Shown here one piece after another: positions 41,001 to 53,322 of a stretch of 64,000 bases of DNA. Both the position numbers and the translations under genes were made by a program. Below the pieces are notes generated by a model that saw only the letters and a list, made by a program, of their open reading frames with translations, did no database searches and was not told the DNA's origin. The stretch is taken from positions 868,001 through 932,000 of the forward strand of contig OZ251232.1 in NCBI GenBank assembly GCA_965240325.2. Reading direction: 5' to 3'. The stretch comes from Rebecca billardiae RCC1528 (lineage: Eukaryota > Protista > Haptophyta). How positions within the stretch are numbered: the stretch's first letter is position 1; each line of letters begins with the position of its first letter.

Positions 41001-41545
41001 CTTCTCGCCTTGCCGGTTCTTCTCAGCCTGCATGCCCCTCAGGGCAGCGGCGAGGTAGTCTGGCGTGCGCTTGCGCGCGATCGCCGATGAGCCGCGCGGC
41101 ATTGCCGCGCGCTCTGCCACGCCTGGCTTCAACCCAATGAGGGGAGCAACTGGGGCGGGCTGATGGCCGTTCACGTCCTTGCCGCTGTTCTCGTCGTCTC
41201 CATCCTTGCCCAAGTTCTCCCAGCACCGTGCTAGCATGTCAGGGAACGCGTCTTGAGGCTTGACGGTCGAGTCGGGCGACGAGCTTCGGCTTTTGTTTGC
41301 GGTGAGGAGCACAGCTTGTTCGTGGTGCTCGGCTCATGTTTCCGCGTTCATTCAGAATCATCTGGAATACTTCGAGATGCCGCCGCCAGCCATGCTGTCC
41401 TGCTGTATTTTAGGATGAGGTTCAGGTTGATTTTGGAGGATTTTGTGCGAGCGCCGCCGCAGCGGTCGCGCCGCCACTGTGTGACTGCGAGTAAAATGTT
41501 GGATTGGAAATTGGAAATCACTGTAGATTGGCGATTCCTTTGACA
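38096..41545 (-). mobile_element. Gag-only LTR retrotransposon (Copia-like gag), 309-bp LTRs, 5-bp TSD GGCTG
   Basis: LTRs 38096-38404 and 41237-41545, TGTCA...TGACA, identical by eye. GGCTG at 38091-38095 and 41546-41550, with the empty site visible near 42562. G-run PPT on the minus strand next to 38404. Confidence 0.93.
38670..41237 (-). CDS. gag: Gag-like protein with CCHC zinc knuckle
   Basis: Open frame of ~855 codons. CTHCGLKNHTAQQCWRLHPELRP is a Copia-type knuckle. No protease, integrase or RT motifs follow. Confidence 0.8.
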   Translation of the reverse strand: MLARCWENLGKDGDDENSGKDVNGHQPAPVAPLIGLKPGVAERAAMPRGSSAIARKRTPDYLAAALRGMQAEKNRQGEKLTLLRKPISSAYGPGNTADLYSGSHASSAIAPRVDQIHAESIKDHLEEEVRAQRGEEERCRSHPPPSRHSIRTHVVAQGISTTTARDSAPASAVQERAAESPQLKECLAASESSNEVTERSGADVALDAAAADAAPTVEALEPADAAPRAGHLAAACDSAGRATAAVSLQPRAHDTVSESDRSNEDISTDECDANDLYGLAEQTMLQDATTRDSVTASSSIKSAAAFIIDAPDPNKYVYPKITSLTMASEAELLATSDTSSREMTAAETAESSSGTYRLASNVGSACDAGGASYTCLTAKPQQNQVGERDARAHASAASAITTPHSCKEEYSAEAAADAHASPLDRTSVKKPKEGTTASTRVTPRSKVERESPQSARDTSTNALESKKRDWIVIEGGVTDSNPTKKERVFMARESSAGVDTPATHKLTQSALKSKRAVHSAIRDALAEVSTYYKGKSSDVTPDIMEPKDSKLSGFQLIAKDKWVKDAAKIDPYKADNADANKIGSVYDRSAAAIFKQLKDSIEPQLFAYLESKLHISDPTKNYLDLALLLQIFERELKITTMSELRDEFLKLYPTKVSPIGASDIIKKSVEQVRSSRYGNLDDATMLVFKLYNSMHDHPQVYESVISHFGALTPEQCVDNTDQIMAQMEDAYKRHGSMKLLHQTKGRETENYSKIRQNADYQQGTRRRGDFEGAEVFAAQAQKAPANGESGPNNSDTGKRCTHCGLKNHTAQQCWRLHPELRPKANNYNKGKNKGANKFPKERIHFLDIPAPDAYD

Positions 41546-42634
41546 GGCTGATGAGCGGCGCTGGCGCCCGGCGTTCTTGTCGTCCTCTTAGACAATCAGT
41601 TATTGTACCAATAACCCCACGTCTAGCCGTCCTCGTGAACGCCGACGCCAACTGCTGGCCGAAGGTGGGCACGCCGCCTGGCATGTCGATGCCGAGGCGG
41701 CTGCGTGTGTTCCTACTCAGTGGGATTTACGTGTCCTCATGCCTTGGCGAGCGGCAGCAGATGCGGTGGGCATGCCGCTCGCCGTCGACGAGACGCGGTG
41801 CGTGAGTGATCCCGTTTCATGGTGTGTTGGGGAGCACCGCGTGGAGGAGAATCCCATTGAGTGATGGGAAGGAAAGGGGGCAAGGCACGTGTGAGTCGCG
41901 CACGCACGAGGGCCGGCCAGCGGGGGCTGGGCAGGTGGGGCAGTGCGAGCGAGACGGAACCCGAATAGGAGAGATAGCAGGCAGCCGGCCCCGAGGCGCG
42001 GCGCTGCGGAAGCAGGAGAAGGCTAGACGGCCTTTGCGGATGCTGTGAATGGCCCGCGGGTGCGCACGGGGCCCGGCGCGCGGTGTGCCGCCAGCGGTCC
42101 TTGTGTAGGAGCCGGCTGGCGTTGGCACCGGGGCGATCCCGAGGCAGGGCGGGAGAGATGGAGCAGCGATCCGCGTGGGGGCGCACCCACGGAGGAGGAG
42201 GCATGTGGCGAAGAGGGAACGGTGCGATCGGGGCGGGTGCGGAAGAGCCACAGGGTGCGCACGCACACAGAGAGAGAAGAGGCGGTGGCCCGAAGCGCGA
42301 GGGGGCGCGATGCGGAGCGTTGCTTACCGCCGAGTTGCCGAAAGATGTTGGTCGGTGCACGCGACGCGCCACCCGCGTGCGAGCCGCCGCCGCCGGCGAC
42401 GCAGGACGAGCTTGGCTGGAGCCATCTCGCACGCCGCGCCTGGCGAAGCAGGCGGCAGAGGCCGGCGCCGGAAATCGATCTCCTGGGCGGCAGAACAACC
42501 CGGACAGACTGTTTGTCCGGGAGCAGCGCCCTTTGAGGCGATGGTCTGGTAGAGGGCGATGTGGCTGATGAGCGGCGCTGGCGCCCGGCGTTCTTGTCGT
42601 CCTCTTAGACAATCAGTTATTGTACCAATAACCC

Positions 42635-42747
<113 letters not shown>

Positions 42748-43390
42748 TCCTGCATGAAGAGCGACGCGACGCCATTGAGTATGGACGAACATCACCCACA
42801 GTCTGCGTGATGTGCATGCGAGGGCAGGTATTGCAGCATATATGCGAGCATGCAGCAAATGCCGATACACACCATGCCGAAATGGTGATGTATAAATATA
42901 TACTTGCGCGTGGTGGGGATTTGTCCCTGGCTGAACGGGAAGAGCGACTTTCGCAACGAGCACAAGCAAAGAACGCAGAGGAGATGGCGGGACCTCGGGC
43001 TTTGCAGATGCGCAGGCCGAAGCAGGGGCTGCCGAGAGATGAGCAGCTCGGCCCGAAAGGTCGTGTAACCGATGATCGAGCGAGCTCTGCTAGGTGGGCT
43101 GCTTGATATGAACTTTGGTAAGTTGCCACGCCGACTTAAGATGACCTTGTATATGATCTCGAGCGCCGGATAGTGGAGAGGAGCGGGTACTTACAGAGGA
43201 GCCAGTGTGGTTGGCCGATATGAAAGGACCAGCGCCCGCCATGATGATGATAAAGGATAGCTCCGTGGCCGATGAGCTCCGGAAATCGACTGCAACTACC
43301 TGCAGGACCTAGAAGACGATGGCGGCCCTTGTCCACCAGCTGCGCGTTGCCTTTCCAGCCTCCCGACACACTCGGTTATAACTCCGTTAT

Positions 43391-45359
43391 GGCCCGCGGT
43401 GAAGGGCGGAGCGCGTAGCGTGGAGCCCCGCCGGGGGCCCTCACTACGTTGTCAAAAAGATCTTTTGATCAAAGAAAAGGGGACGGGGGACGATTTTGAG
43501 GGGTGTTGGAGGGTGAGTTTTCGCTTTTTCGAGGGGTACGTTGGCGCCCATTGCTCTGCATTAGCAACTACGCGATTGACGAAATAAGCGCGCCCACGCC
43601 ATTCCGCATAAGTGTCGATGGACGGACGTGAGCCTGGGCGCGCCTTTGTCAGTATATCTGGGTATAGTGAACGAATATCTAGCTGCGATTTGTTGTAAAT
43701 ATTCATACGGCGGAACAAAACTTGGTCGCCAGCCCGAGAGGGCGAGACCAACCGGACCCAGGGCCGGACGTGTTTTTTAAAAGTGCATGTGCACGGGGGT
43801 CCTACAGTAGCAGGGTATTCTACCAAGGGGGTTCCCGTTCAATCTTCCGACGATACGGTTGAACGTGCATGGTCGTAAATGGACATGGTTCCCGCGGAAG
43901 CCACTAGACCGAGAGGGCGCACTGCAGACAAAACATGATCACTCCGTACGTATACAGCACGCAGACGAAATGCTCGGGCCGGCGCGTACCGGGGTACCGG
44001 CGCGGAGTCGTGAGACGGAGTGAGACGCGGGGCCTGCCGCGACGCGTGGAGTGCTTGACCGTCGGACCGGGGACCTGCGTGCGTGCGCGTGCCGCCGCAG
44101 TACGCCGCGGTGCGCACGGTGGTGGCGGGGGCCGGCCGGCCGCTGCCTCTCGCCCTCGCACTCTGCTCTCCCCGAGCGCGCCTGTCGCCTCGCAGGCCCC
44201 GCGTCTACTCCGTCTCACGACTCGCGCCGGTACGCGCCGGCGCGAGCCGCGCGACGCGTGGAGAGTGCTTGATTGACTCCGGGACCGCGGGGACCGTGCG
44301 TGCGCGTGCCGCCGCAGTACGCCGCGGTGCGCGAGGTGGTGGCGGGGGCCGGCCGGCCGCTGCCTCTCGCCCTCGCACTCTGCTCTCCCCGAGCGCGCCT
44401 GTCGCCTCGCAGGCCCCGCGTCTACTCCGTCACTCGCCCGGCCCTCGCGCTCCGCTCTCATCGAGCGCGCCCACCGGTCTGTCTGTCGTCTTGCCGGGCC
44501 GCGTGGCCGAGTCACGCCGAGTCGGCGCGCGCCCAACAACCTACCCGAGGGCGCGTTCGTCGCTCGAGGAGGAGCGCGCAAGGGCGAGCCGAGTCCGGAG
44601 CACTACGCGAGCTCGTCGCTTGAGGAATGAGGACGGGAGCGCGCCGCGACGGCACGCCGCAGCGGAGATGAGCCGGATGCGCCCGGAGCTAGCGCGCGGC
44701 TGAAGGGCGAGCTCGAGCTCGCGAGCTTGCTCCTCGACGCCGAGCGCGAGCTCCTCCTCAACTCGGTCGTCGACCGCGCCGGAGGTGCAGCAGCAGCAAC
44801 TCGGCGAGCACGCACGGCCACGGGCTGCCGATTGTCACGGCCTGCCGTGCCACGGGCTGGCCGCCGCCGTGGCTTCGAGGCCGACGTGGCGGACGAGGAG
44901 GCGGCGGGCGAGCACGGCGCGGCGCGGTGGAGCAGGCGCGCACGCGCGGCGGCAGGCGCGACGCGCCGCTCCGGCCTCGTTCCACTCCGCCCGCGGTGCA
45001 GGGCGGAGCGCGCCACTCGGCCAGCAGGCACTGCTGGCACGGTCGGCGGCGCGCGCTCTCGCTCTGCCGGCACGAGGCGCGCCGGCTGAGCGACCAGCGG
45101 CCCGTCGTCGAGCGCATGGCGCAGCGCGAGCACCTCAAGCAGGTGCGCCCGCACGCCCGCACGCGCCGCAGCCCGCGCCGCGCGGCGCCTCTCGCCCTGC
45201 GCGCGCGCGCCGCCCCGGCGGCCGCGCTTCCCGCCGCGCGGCCCGCGGCGACAGTCCTCGGCCCGCCATGTCAGTCAGACTGATCGACAGCAGCCGACGA
45301 AGGTTGCACCGCGGGCCCCTAACTACGTTGGTTCTACGGAAGGACCGCGGAACGCGGTC
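43391..45359 (+). mobile_element. Family-1 non-autonomous Helentron/HLE2-like element, copy 2
   Basis: First ~300 bp match 19000-19290. Subterminal IR TGCACCGCGGGCC at 45305-45317. Hairpin GACCGCG-GAA-CGCGGTC at 45343-45359. Flanks TTAT|...|ATAA. Internal ~217-bp tandem repeat at ~44060-44430. Confidence 0.7.
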
Positions 45360-46196
45360 ATAACGCCACATATAGAGTATATATAGGTTATACTATATAT
45401 ATACTATATTCGTCATCCCTATATAAGTCGTCCGGTCATTGGACAGAGGCGCAGCAGTTGGGGGCAAAGCGCCGCGTCGCGGACCGCCGCCGCACGCCAC
45501 ATACTGCATACTGAGCATAGCCGCAGCAGCGCCAGCGGGCATGCAGCGGCAGCCGCAGCCGCCGTGTGCGTCAGACCGGACGAGCGGGGCGAGCCCTGCA
45601 TTCCAGTAGGACCGGATCGAATGCACCGGGTGCAACCCGGCAATGCCCGCCTGAATGGTAACATATCATCGTAAATTAAATAGCACGCAGAAGAGTCTGA
45701 GTCCGGGAATAACCTTTTATAAAACCTAGTAGTAAATACGGTAGTTGTTGCCAGGAGGGCAGGAGGTGGTCGGATGGCGAGTCGGATTAGATGCGCGCCC
45801 CATTTAATAAGTCATCACGTGCACGCATATCACGACTGATCATCAATATCGGCGGGGGTCGGAAGCATTCGGAGAGGCGCGCAGATCGAACTACGGACCG
45901 ACTGTACCGTGTTATGCGGGCGGGGGCCGGTGCCGGACCGGACCGCCAGCCGGGCGAGCAGCCCAGCCACTGCACCGCGGCCGTCATCACGTCGTGCAGC
46001 ACTGCTACGATAGAGATGAGTGATGGCTGTACGATAGACTGAGTGACATACTGTGTAGCGCTATGTAGTATGTATCGAGTGTACGTACTGACCGCGCCGC
46101 TCGGCGCTGCTGCAATGCGACACCGCGCGACATGACGTGGGCAGGGGACCCTCCACGGTATCACGCGACGCGGCGCGCGAGGAGCCAGGCGCACGC

Positions 46197-47075
46197 TCAC
46201 AGCCTGCTCGACGGCGCGTTGCGGAACTGCGGCTCCCGCTTTTCGAGGAAGGCGCGCGCGCCCTCCTTGCCCTCCTCTGAGTGGTAGAAGAGACGGGTCG
46301 CCGCACCGCCCAGCTCCTGCAGGCCGGCGGCAGCGCCCTCGTCCGCGTTGAGTGCGGCCTTGACGAACTGCAGCGCGCTCGGGCTCATCGCCGCGATGCG
46401 CCGGCACCAGCGCAGCGTCTCGCCCTCCAGCCGCTCGAGGGGCACCACCGCGTTGACCAGCCCCATCTCCAGCGCCTCTCGCGCGCCGTAGAACTTACAC
46501 AGGAACCACATCTCACGCGCCTTCTTCTGTCCGACGAGCCTCGCCATGCGCGTCGAGCCGTAGCCGGCGTCGAAGGAGCCGACGCGCGGGCCGGTCTGGC
46601 CGAAGACCGCGTTTTCGCCGGCCACCGTCAGGTCGGCCACCATGTGCAGGATGTGCCCGCCGCCGATCGCGTAGCCGGCGACCATGGCGATGATTGGCTT
46701 CGGGCACGCGCGCATCTGTGTCTGGAAGTCGAGCACGTGCAGGCGGGGCGTCTCGTCGGCGTCGTTGGCGTAGCCGCCGTCGCCGCGCTGCCTCTGATCG
46801 CCACCGGTGCAGAAGGCGTCGGTGCCGCTGCCTGTCAGGATGATGACGGCTATGCTCGTGTCGTTGCGCGCTGCGTCCAGCGCGCCACGGAGCTCAAGGA
46901 TCGTGCGCGGGCGGAAGGCGTTGAGCACGTGCGGGCGGCAGATGGTGAGCTTGGCGATGCGCTCGTCTGAGGCGTGGTACGTCACGTCGGTGTACCCTGG
47001 TGGCGTCACGTCCACCCAGCGCGTCGGGGCCGCGGACACGAGATGCAATCTATCGGCGTCGACACGTGGCGCCAT
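46197..47075 (-). CDS. menB: 1,4-dihydroxy-2-naphthoyl-CoA synthase (phylloquinone pathway) with PTS1
   Basis: [60 protein letters not shown]. Ends -SRL. Confidence 0.95.
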   Translation of the reverse strand: MAPRVDADRLHLVSAAPTRWVDVTPPGYTDVTYHASDERIAKLTICRPHVLNAFRPRTILELRGALDAARNDTSIAVIILTGSGTDAFCTGGDQRQRGDGGYANDADETPRLHVLDFQTQMRACPKPIIAMVAGYAIGGGHILHMVADLTVAGENAVFGQTGPRVGSFDAGYGSTRMARLVGQKKAREMWFLCKFYGAREALEMGLVNAVVPLERLEGETLRWCRRIAAMSPSALQFVKAALNADEGAAAGLQELGGAATRLFYHSEEGKEGARAFLEKREPQFRNAPSSRL

Positions 47076-48980
47076 CCTCACACGCCCAGCTCTCACGCCC
47101 AGCTGGCCTTGCGGCCCTTGCCTCTGCCGGTCTGGTCGGCAAGGAGTTGAAAGGGGCGCCCTCGCTGCTCACCACTGCAGACCTGCTGGGAGGCCGCTGC
47201 AGCGGCGCACTACAGTTTATTTGTTTTAACGTGCGTAAGGCTCACGGTGGCAGGTTGCCGCGCCATCCTTCACAAGTCACTCACTGTGGGCCTGTGGCAC
47301 GCGGCCCATCGGCGGCGGAGCAGACGGCGGGCTCGCATGCATTGCGCCCCGGCAGGGCGCCACGCCTGGCACCACGAAAGTGTATGGTGGTAAGCCGCAG
47401 CGCTGTGGTGCATGTCAGAAGCGCCTCGTTCGTCGGCGAGGTCGGCACCGAGCGCTGCTAAGCAGCTTGTCCCAGCGCGCACACCAGCTGGCGTGCTCGT
47501 GCTGCTGTGCAGCGCAGGGGAGCGCGCGGTCCATGTGGCGTGGGTGGTGCACGCGATCGCGAGCCTCGCAGCGGTGGTGATCTCATCGAGCTACGTTCTC
47601 CTGCGCGAGAGCCAGGCGTCGTGCACCGTGCTCCACGCCGCCGTGCGCGACGTGGCTCTCTCCAGCCGCTGCTTTGCACAGCCGAGTGGCCGGCTCCGAT
47701 CTCGTGCGCATGGGTCTGCGCCGACGTCCTTGCCGAGTTGTGGCTGGCACCTGGGCCTAGTACGGCGGGGCTCGAGGCCCTGTGGGCTCTCCGCTGGTGG
47801 CTCGTCTCCCCGGCTGATCGAGCGTCACGCTATCGAGGTGCCCAGACTCGATCTTGACCTTCATCTCGAGGCGAGCCCTCTGCCCACGCTCCGGGCGCCA
47901 CCGCTTGCGGACCTGTTGCTGATACACCAGCCCGAGCTGACGGCGCTCGCGGTTCTGAACGCAGGGTGTGTGCGTGTTCGTGCGCCCCGCGCCTCCCGGA
48001 CTTGAACTGTGCACCGTGCTCCGCGCGCCGCTCGACGTGCGGCTCGCACAGCCGCTCGAATCGGCGCACCGGCTGCCGAGCAGGACTCTCTCACCGGGGC
48101 GACACCACAACCAACTTGAGAGGGCGGGCAGGTAGCACGTGCTGCACCGGCGCGAGCGGTGGGCGGCGTTGGAGCGGCTGATGCACGGAGTCCGGGCAGC
48201 GCTCCTTGAGCTTCACACCACCGCGTGCGGTTGCGGCCGCCGCTGACGACAGTGACCCGATGGCTGGCGAGGCGCGCGGTCACAATGAACGGCCTCCGTT
48301 GGGCAGCTTGTCCTCAACCGCTCGCTCTCGCCGGCCACCCTCGCAATCGCAGGCCGGGGGCGTGGTCGGCGGTTTGTATTCTCGGCTGTCGGCCCGCGCG
48401 TCGTGCGCACGGAGCAGTTCGCAGGGTTCTGCGAGCGCGCGGCCGCCCACCGAGCCGCAGGGTGTGGCTCGGTCGAGGGCGCGGTGGTGGAGTGGCCAGA
48501 GCTCCTGCCGTAGCAGTCCTAAGTGGTGCCTACAGTACGGCGTACGCTCTGCGCTCTGGCCTAGTCTTGAGAGCCCGAGTGCAAGAGCTTGCCTCATCGA
48601 CCACCACTCGCCGCCGCGTACGGCGCCGTGCTGTGCGGCAAGGAGGTGCGCACAACCGCGCGTCCGCGCGTGAACTCGCGCGAGTTCGCCGTTGCCCGTT
48701 GGTCGCATCTTCAGTAGGCAAGTACTTGGAAGAGTACAGCTGTACTCATATCAACGAAATGTAACCGTATGTCGATTGTATCTGCTATCTAGATAAAACA
48801 TGATATGACGGCACGGTACTCACATTGACTTGCGCTGATGGCGTGATGGGCTCGGAAGCAAGCTCTGTGGAGCGCACAGGGTGCGCGCACCTGTCTCAAG
48901 CGTGCGTCAGTGGCACCGCCTTGACAAGCCCCGGCAGAGGAGGTGCCCAGGCTTAAGCCGCCTCGGTGGCGACACGGAAC

Positions 48981-49522
48981 ATGCATGATGACGATGACGA
49001 GGCAGAGGACTGCCCAGTGTGCCTGGAGGATCTGCGTGAGCTCCCTGAGCCGCCGGTGAGCGTGCCGTGCTGCCGCAAGACGTTCTGCCGGCCGTGCCTC
49101 GCGGCGCTCGTCGGGGCATCACGGGAGCAGCCGCCTCCGGAGATCACTCGCGCGCTCGAGATCCTGATGCCCGCGCTGGCACGTGCGCTCGCGTTCGCCA
49201 ACGAGATACTCGTGTGCCCAACCTGCCGCCACGAGCACCACATCCCCGATGGCGACGCCTACCGTTGGGCGCGCACGCTCAGCCTCGCGAGCGACGCGAG
49301 TTCGTGGGGTGGCGCTAGCGCGCTCGCCGCGCGCTCGATGCCGCGGGCGCCGCCGGTGGACCCGTCACTTTGCCTCGCGCTCACGCGAGACGAGCTCATT
49401 GGCGTGTGCGCCGCGCTCGACCGCGTGCAGCACGACGCCACGCGTGCGCTGCTCTCGCACCTCTCTCGGCGCGACCTCGTGCGCGAGGTCGGCGCGAGGC
49501 TTCAGCCGGCCCCACACTCGTC

Positions 49523-49553
<31 letters not shown>

Positions 49554-50954
49554 GAGGCGGCGGATGGGGAGGTGGTGCGCGATTTCCCGTCCGAGCTGCG
49601 TGTGCGCGAGCTGAGCGTGCGCGCGGCGCGCGCCGTGCTCGAGCTGCGCGGCGTGCCGCACGGCGACTGCATCGAGCACGAGGACCTGTGCACGCGCGTC
49701 GAGGCCTCGCACCGCGGCAACGTGGCGAGTCTGCCCGTCCGGGTGCTGCGTGAGATGCAGCGGGCGGAGGGGCTCGGCGGCGAAGTGTTCGTGGACAAGG
49801 ACAACCTCGCGCGCCGGCTGATGGCGGTACGTGCGCTGCGCCGCGGCGCGGCGGCGCGCGCGGGCGTGGGCGACGAGACGCCGCGCGCACTGCCCGCCGT
49901 GGCTGGGCTGGCTGCGAGCTTCCCAGCGCGCGCCGCGCCCACGGTGCTGCGGGCGCCACCGGTCGTGACGGCGGCGCGCTCCGATGGCGCCGCGGGCGCG
50001 GCGTCAGGCGGGGGGCCGAGCTCGCAGGCCACTCTCTCGTCGAGCGGCAGCGGCGCGGCCGGCAGCGACAGCAGCGAGCGCTCTGACGCGGCCTCCGAGC
50101 CGCGCGCCGGCGCGCACGGATTGCGCGCGCCAGTGGGCGCGCCCGCATCTGCGCCCGCACGGCCGCAGGCGGACGTGGCGCCGTCGGCTGCCGACGCGGC
50201 TCTGCCGGCTGTCGACTGGACCGAGGCGTCATCGTCGTCGCTGCTCTCGTCCGCCTCGACGGCGGTCGGCGCGTCGAGCACGAGCCAGGCTGCTGACCAG
50301 CACCAGTCGACCGCGGGTGAGACCGCGGCCGGGGCGTGCGCCGGCAGCACTGGGGCGGCACCAATCGCGCGCGCGCCGGCGCGTGAGACGGCCTCTGCAA
50401 GGCGCGCAGCTGCCACGAGCGGTCTCGTGGCGTCGTCGCACGAGCACAGCGCGCCGGCACGCCGCGCGAGCGCCAGCGGCGCCGGTAGCGTGAGGCCGGG
50501 GCGCATCCCGCGCCGGGCAGAGCCCTCCGGCGCGGTGGCAACGCGGCCGACGCCCCAAGCGCCCGAATCGGGAGCGGCTGCCGCCGCGGCCGCCTCCGAG
50601 GGGGCTCGCAGGCCTGGCGCGGGCCCGCGGTGGAGCAGCCGCTCCAACTCGATCGGTGGCATGCGCCGGTACGCAGCGGGCGCGCCGTCCGCGCAGGCGC
50701 ACTCGCAGCCGGCGGGCGCGCCGTCCGGGAGTGCCCGGGCGCACGAAGCGGAGCCGAGCGCAGGCACTGAGGACGAGAGCACGCCGCCGCAGCCGGTCGA
50801 GCGGCGCAAGTCCCAGCCGGCGTCGTCGGGCTCGTCGCACGTGCGGCGGCTGCAGGCGATGCGCGAGACAGTCGGCAACGCCGCCGCTGCCGCCGCCTCG
50901 CGGCCTCTGTTTGGCGCCAGCTCGCACGACCGCGGCCTGCAGCGCATGGCGTGA
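48981..50954 (+). CDS. RING-finger protein with SAP-like repeats and long disordered C-terminus (putative E3 ligase)
   Basis: CPVC...VPCCRKTFCRPC...CPTCR. SAP-like LSVRAARAVLELRGVPHGDCIEHEDL and LPVRVLREMQRAEGLGGEVFVDKDNL. PolyQ tract. Confidence 0.75.
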
Positions 50955-51422
50955 CGAAGAGCTAGTGAGCGCGGCGGCGGCTGGCCCGCTGGGCCGGGCG
51001 GCGCCAGACGACGCAGCGCGTATGCACTCATCAACTGTCAGAATCAACATTGGGCACCATCGCCCACAGGCCGGCCGGCTTGGCGTTGCTCCCGCTGACA
51101 GATTCTATAGGCGGAGTTAAGGACACAGGCACATGCAGCAGACCTGACAGCGCAGACTGCGACCACAGCCAGCTGCTACATGGTACCCGAGCATGTAGGC
51201 GTAGCCGCTACGGTAGCATGCTGCTGAATCTCGCCTGCCTGAGCTGTGTGCGTCTCTTATTCTTAGTAAACTGTAGGATCATTTTCTGTTTCGATCGTCG
51301 GTCGTCGTCATGATTATCGGTCACGCGAGGTCGTTACTTTCCAGCGAGCCGGACGAGCGCGAACTGGGTGCTGCCGACCGCCATATTGCGCTCGCGCACA
51401 AGAGCGAGGCGCTTCCTCGCAG

Positions 51423-51695
51423 ATGGATGCCACAGCCTCTGCGTCGGCCGAGGATGTGCGCGAGCACTTCAAACGCGAGCTGGAGCGTAATCGGATGCTC
51501 AAGGCAGCCCTGGTGCAGCTCGAGCACCTCGACCAGCTCGAGCTTGGCGACGAGCAGCCAAAGGACGTGCTGCCACTCCCCAAGCCGGGCGACCGCAAGT
51601 ACTCGCAGGAGGTGTACGTGAGCCAGCATGGACGCGACAATCTGTACTCGGGGCTGAGCAAGCGAACACCAACCGGAGGCTTCTTCTCGTCATAA
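51423..51695 (+). CDS. Small hypothetical protein (90 aa)
   Basis: ATG start, GC3-biased codons and non-repetitive composition, unlike the neighbouring shadow ORFs. Ends KRTPTGGFFSS. Confidence 0.5.
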   Translation: MDATASASAEDVREHFKRELERNRMLKAALVQLEHLDQLELGDEQPKDVLPLPKPGDRKYSQEVYVSQHGRDNLYSGLSKRTPTGGFFSS

Positions 51696-52662
51696 GGCAT
51701 GCCCGCACCGTTCGCTGCGTTGACTGTACTCCTGGCCCGCATTCAATGAGATTCGTGCCCTAGCTTCTGGCTGCCCAAGGGAGGGCTTTCAGCCTGGGCT
51801 GCTACCCGCTTCGCCTGGCGCCCGTTAGTGCCATCGTGCGGCCAATGCCGTGTGCCGGCCCGCAGGATACGGCGTGCCCGGACCGCCGTGGCTTCGTGCC
51901 TGAGGTGCCTCAACGCGGACAGAGGGCTTGGTGATCGGATTGATGACTTCCGGTCCATCGCGCAGACGACCGTCACCGTTCACTGCAAGTGTCTGAATTC
52001 GACGCAGGCTGCCGGTGCCATCAGATCAGATCGACATCATGCATCATAATCGTCAGTCGTCTATGCAGTGCGGTCCGAGTGACAGCTGTCACTGGCGCCA
52101 GTGGCGTCACTCCGCGTGGCGGACGGTCCGGCCGGGCCGGCGGCGGCCCGGAGTACCGCTAGTCTCTTAGTAGATCGATCGAGTATTCGTGAGTTAACGT
52201 GACCGCTGTCATAAGTACTCAGCAGTAGACCGTCTTAGTAACAGGCGTCTACTCTGTCGCGGTCGCGGAATGCACGCGCCGCCGCCTGAGTACGGTCCGG
52301 TCGTGTGTACTGTCCAACGGTCGTCGCCGATTCAGTCAATCACGACAGTGTGCTGTCCGGCTGTCCGGCCCGCGCGGACCCGGGACCGCCCCGGCCGGGG
52401 TCCGCGGCGACCACCGGCGTCTGGCCTCTGGGAACCCCCCCCCCCCCCCTTTCAGCTCCGTTACGTCTTGGCCCCGAGCCGAAGGCGAAGTCAACCGGCC
52501 AAGCGGAGCATTCAGCAGTGAGCAGAGTCGCTTCCGACCCCCGATTGACGAATGGCGATGACTTCAACGAGAAAGAACTATGGGGGCATCCGACCAACCG
52601 TCCCAAGACCGAGCCAAGTAGGTTCCGAAGACCATACTCTATTTTACTATGTAATTATGACA

Positions 52663-53045
52663 GGCAATCGCGGGCAAGAAGGAGCTATCACGTTAAGAAA
52701 CTGGGGCTTGATGCTATCTGCGGATTTGGCCTAGAAACTACTGAGACGCTAGCGATTGGCTGCTTCGCTATACGCATCGTCACAATGCTAAGAAACCGGG
52801 ACTACTGGTACGTCGTCGCGGCTGACGTGGTCCGCGCCGAGGCGCAGCTTGATTGAGGGAGTGCCCGAGTGCGGGACGCGGCGCGCGGCGCCCGACTGGC
52901 GACTACGAGTACAGGCCAAGTCCCCGCACTTCTCCTGACTGACTGACTCCTGGCCAGTGCACCGCGGCATCCATCATGCAACATCATCGTCATCATGATG
53001 ATGCCAGATTTTATTAGCTCGTCCATCAGCAATCAAATGGGCCAA
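52663..53045 (-). mobile_element. Truncated, diverged inverted copy of the 969-1538 MITE
   Basis: Begins GGCAATCGCGGGC and aligns to the reverse complement of ~1165-1538 with many short indels. Confidence 0.8.
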
Positions 53046-53322
53046 TAGCTTATTCATCAATCATCAATAATATGTAAATTTTATTATTATATTATAGTAA
53101 TACTCAGTGGGCGCTGGTCCCACTGGCGGAACAGAAATTCAAATAATAAACTATCTGACGACGATCGGCGCGGTCTCAGCGACTCGGAACAAAAGGGGTG
53201 CGACAGACTAGCGCCGGCGGGGTATGCGCCGGCGTCTGAGCTCACCAGCGCGACTTCAGCATTATTAATATTAGTGCCGAGTAGTTTCAGTGCCACGGCT
53301 CGGATTAGTCTGCCGATGCTCA

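Noticed and set aside
47250-48780. GC-rich region upstream of menB with several medium ORFs
   Set aside because: No recognisable motifs, consistent exon structure or repeat ends. It may hide a gene but cannot be supported.
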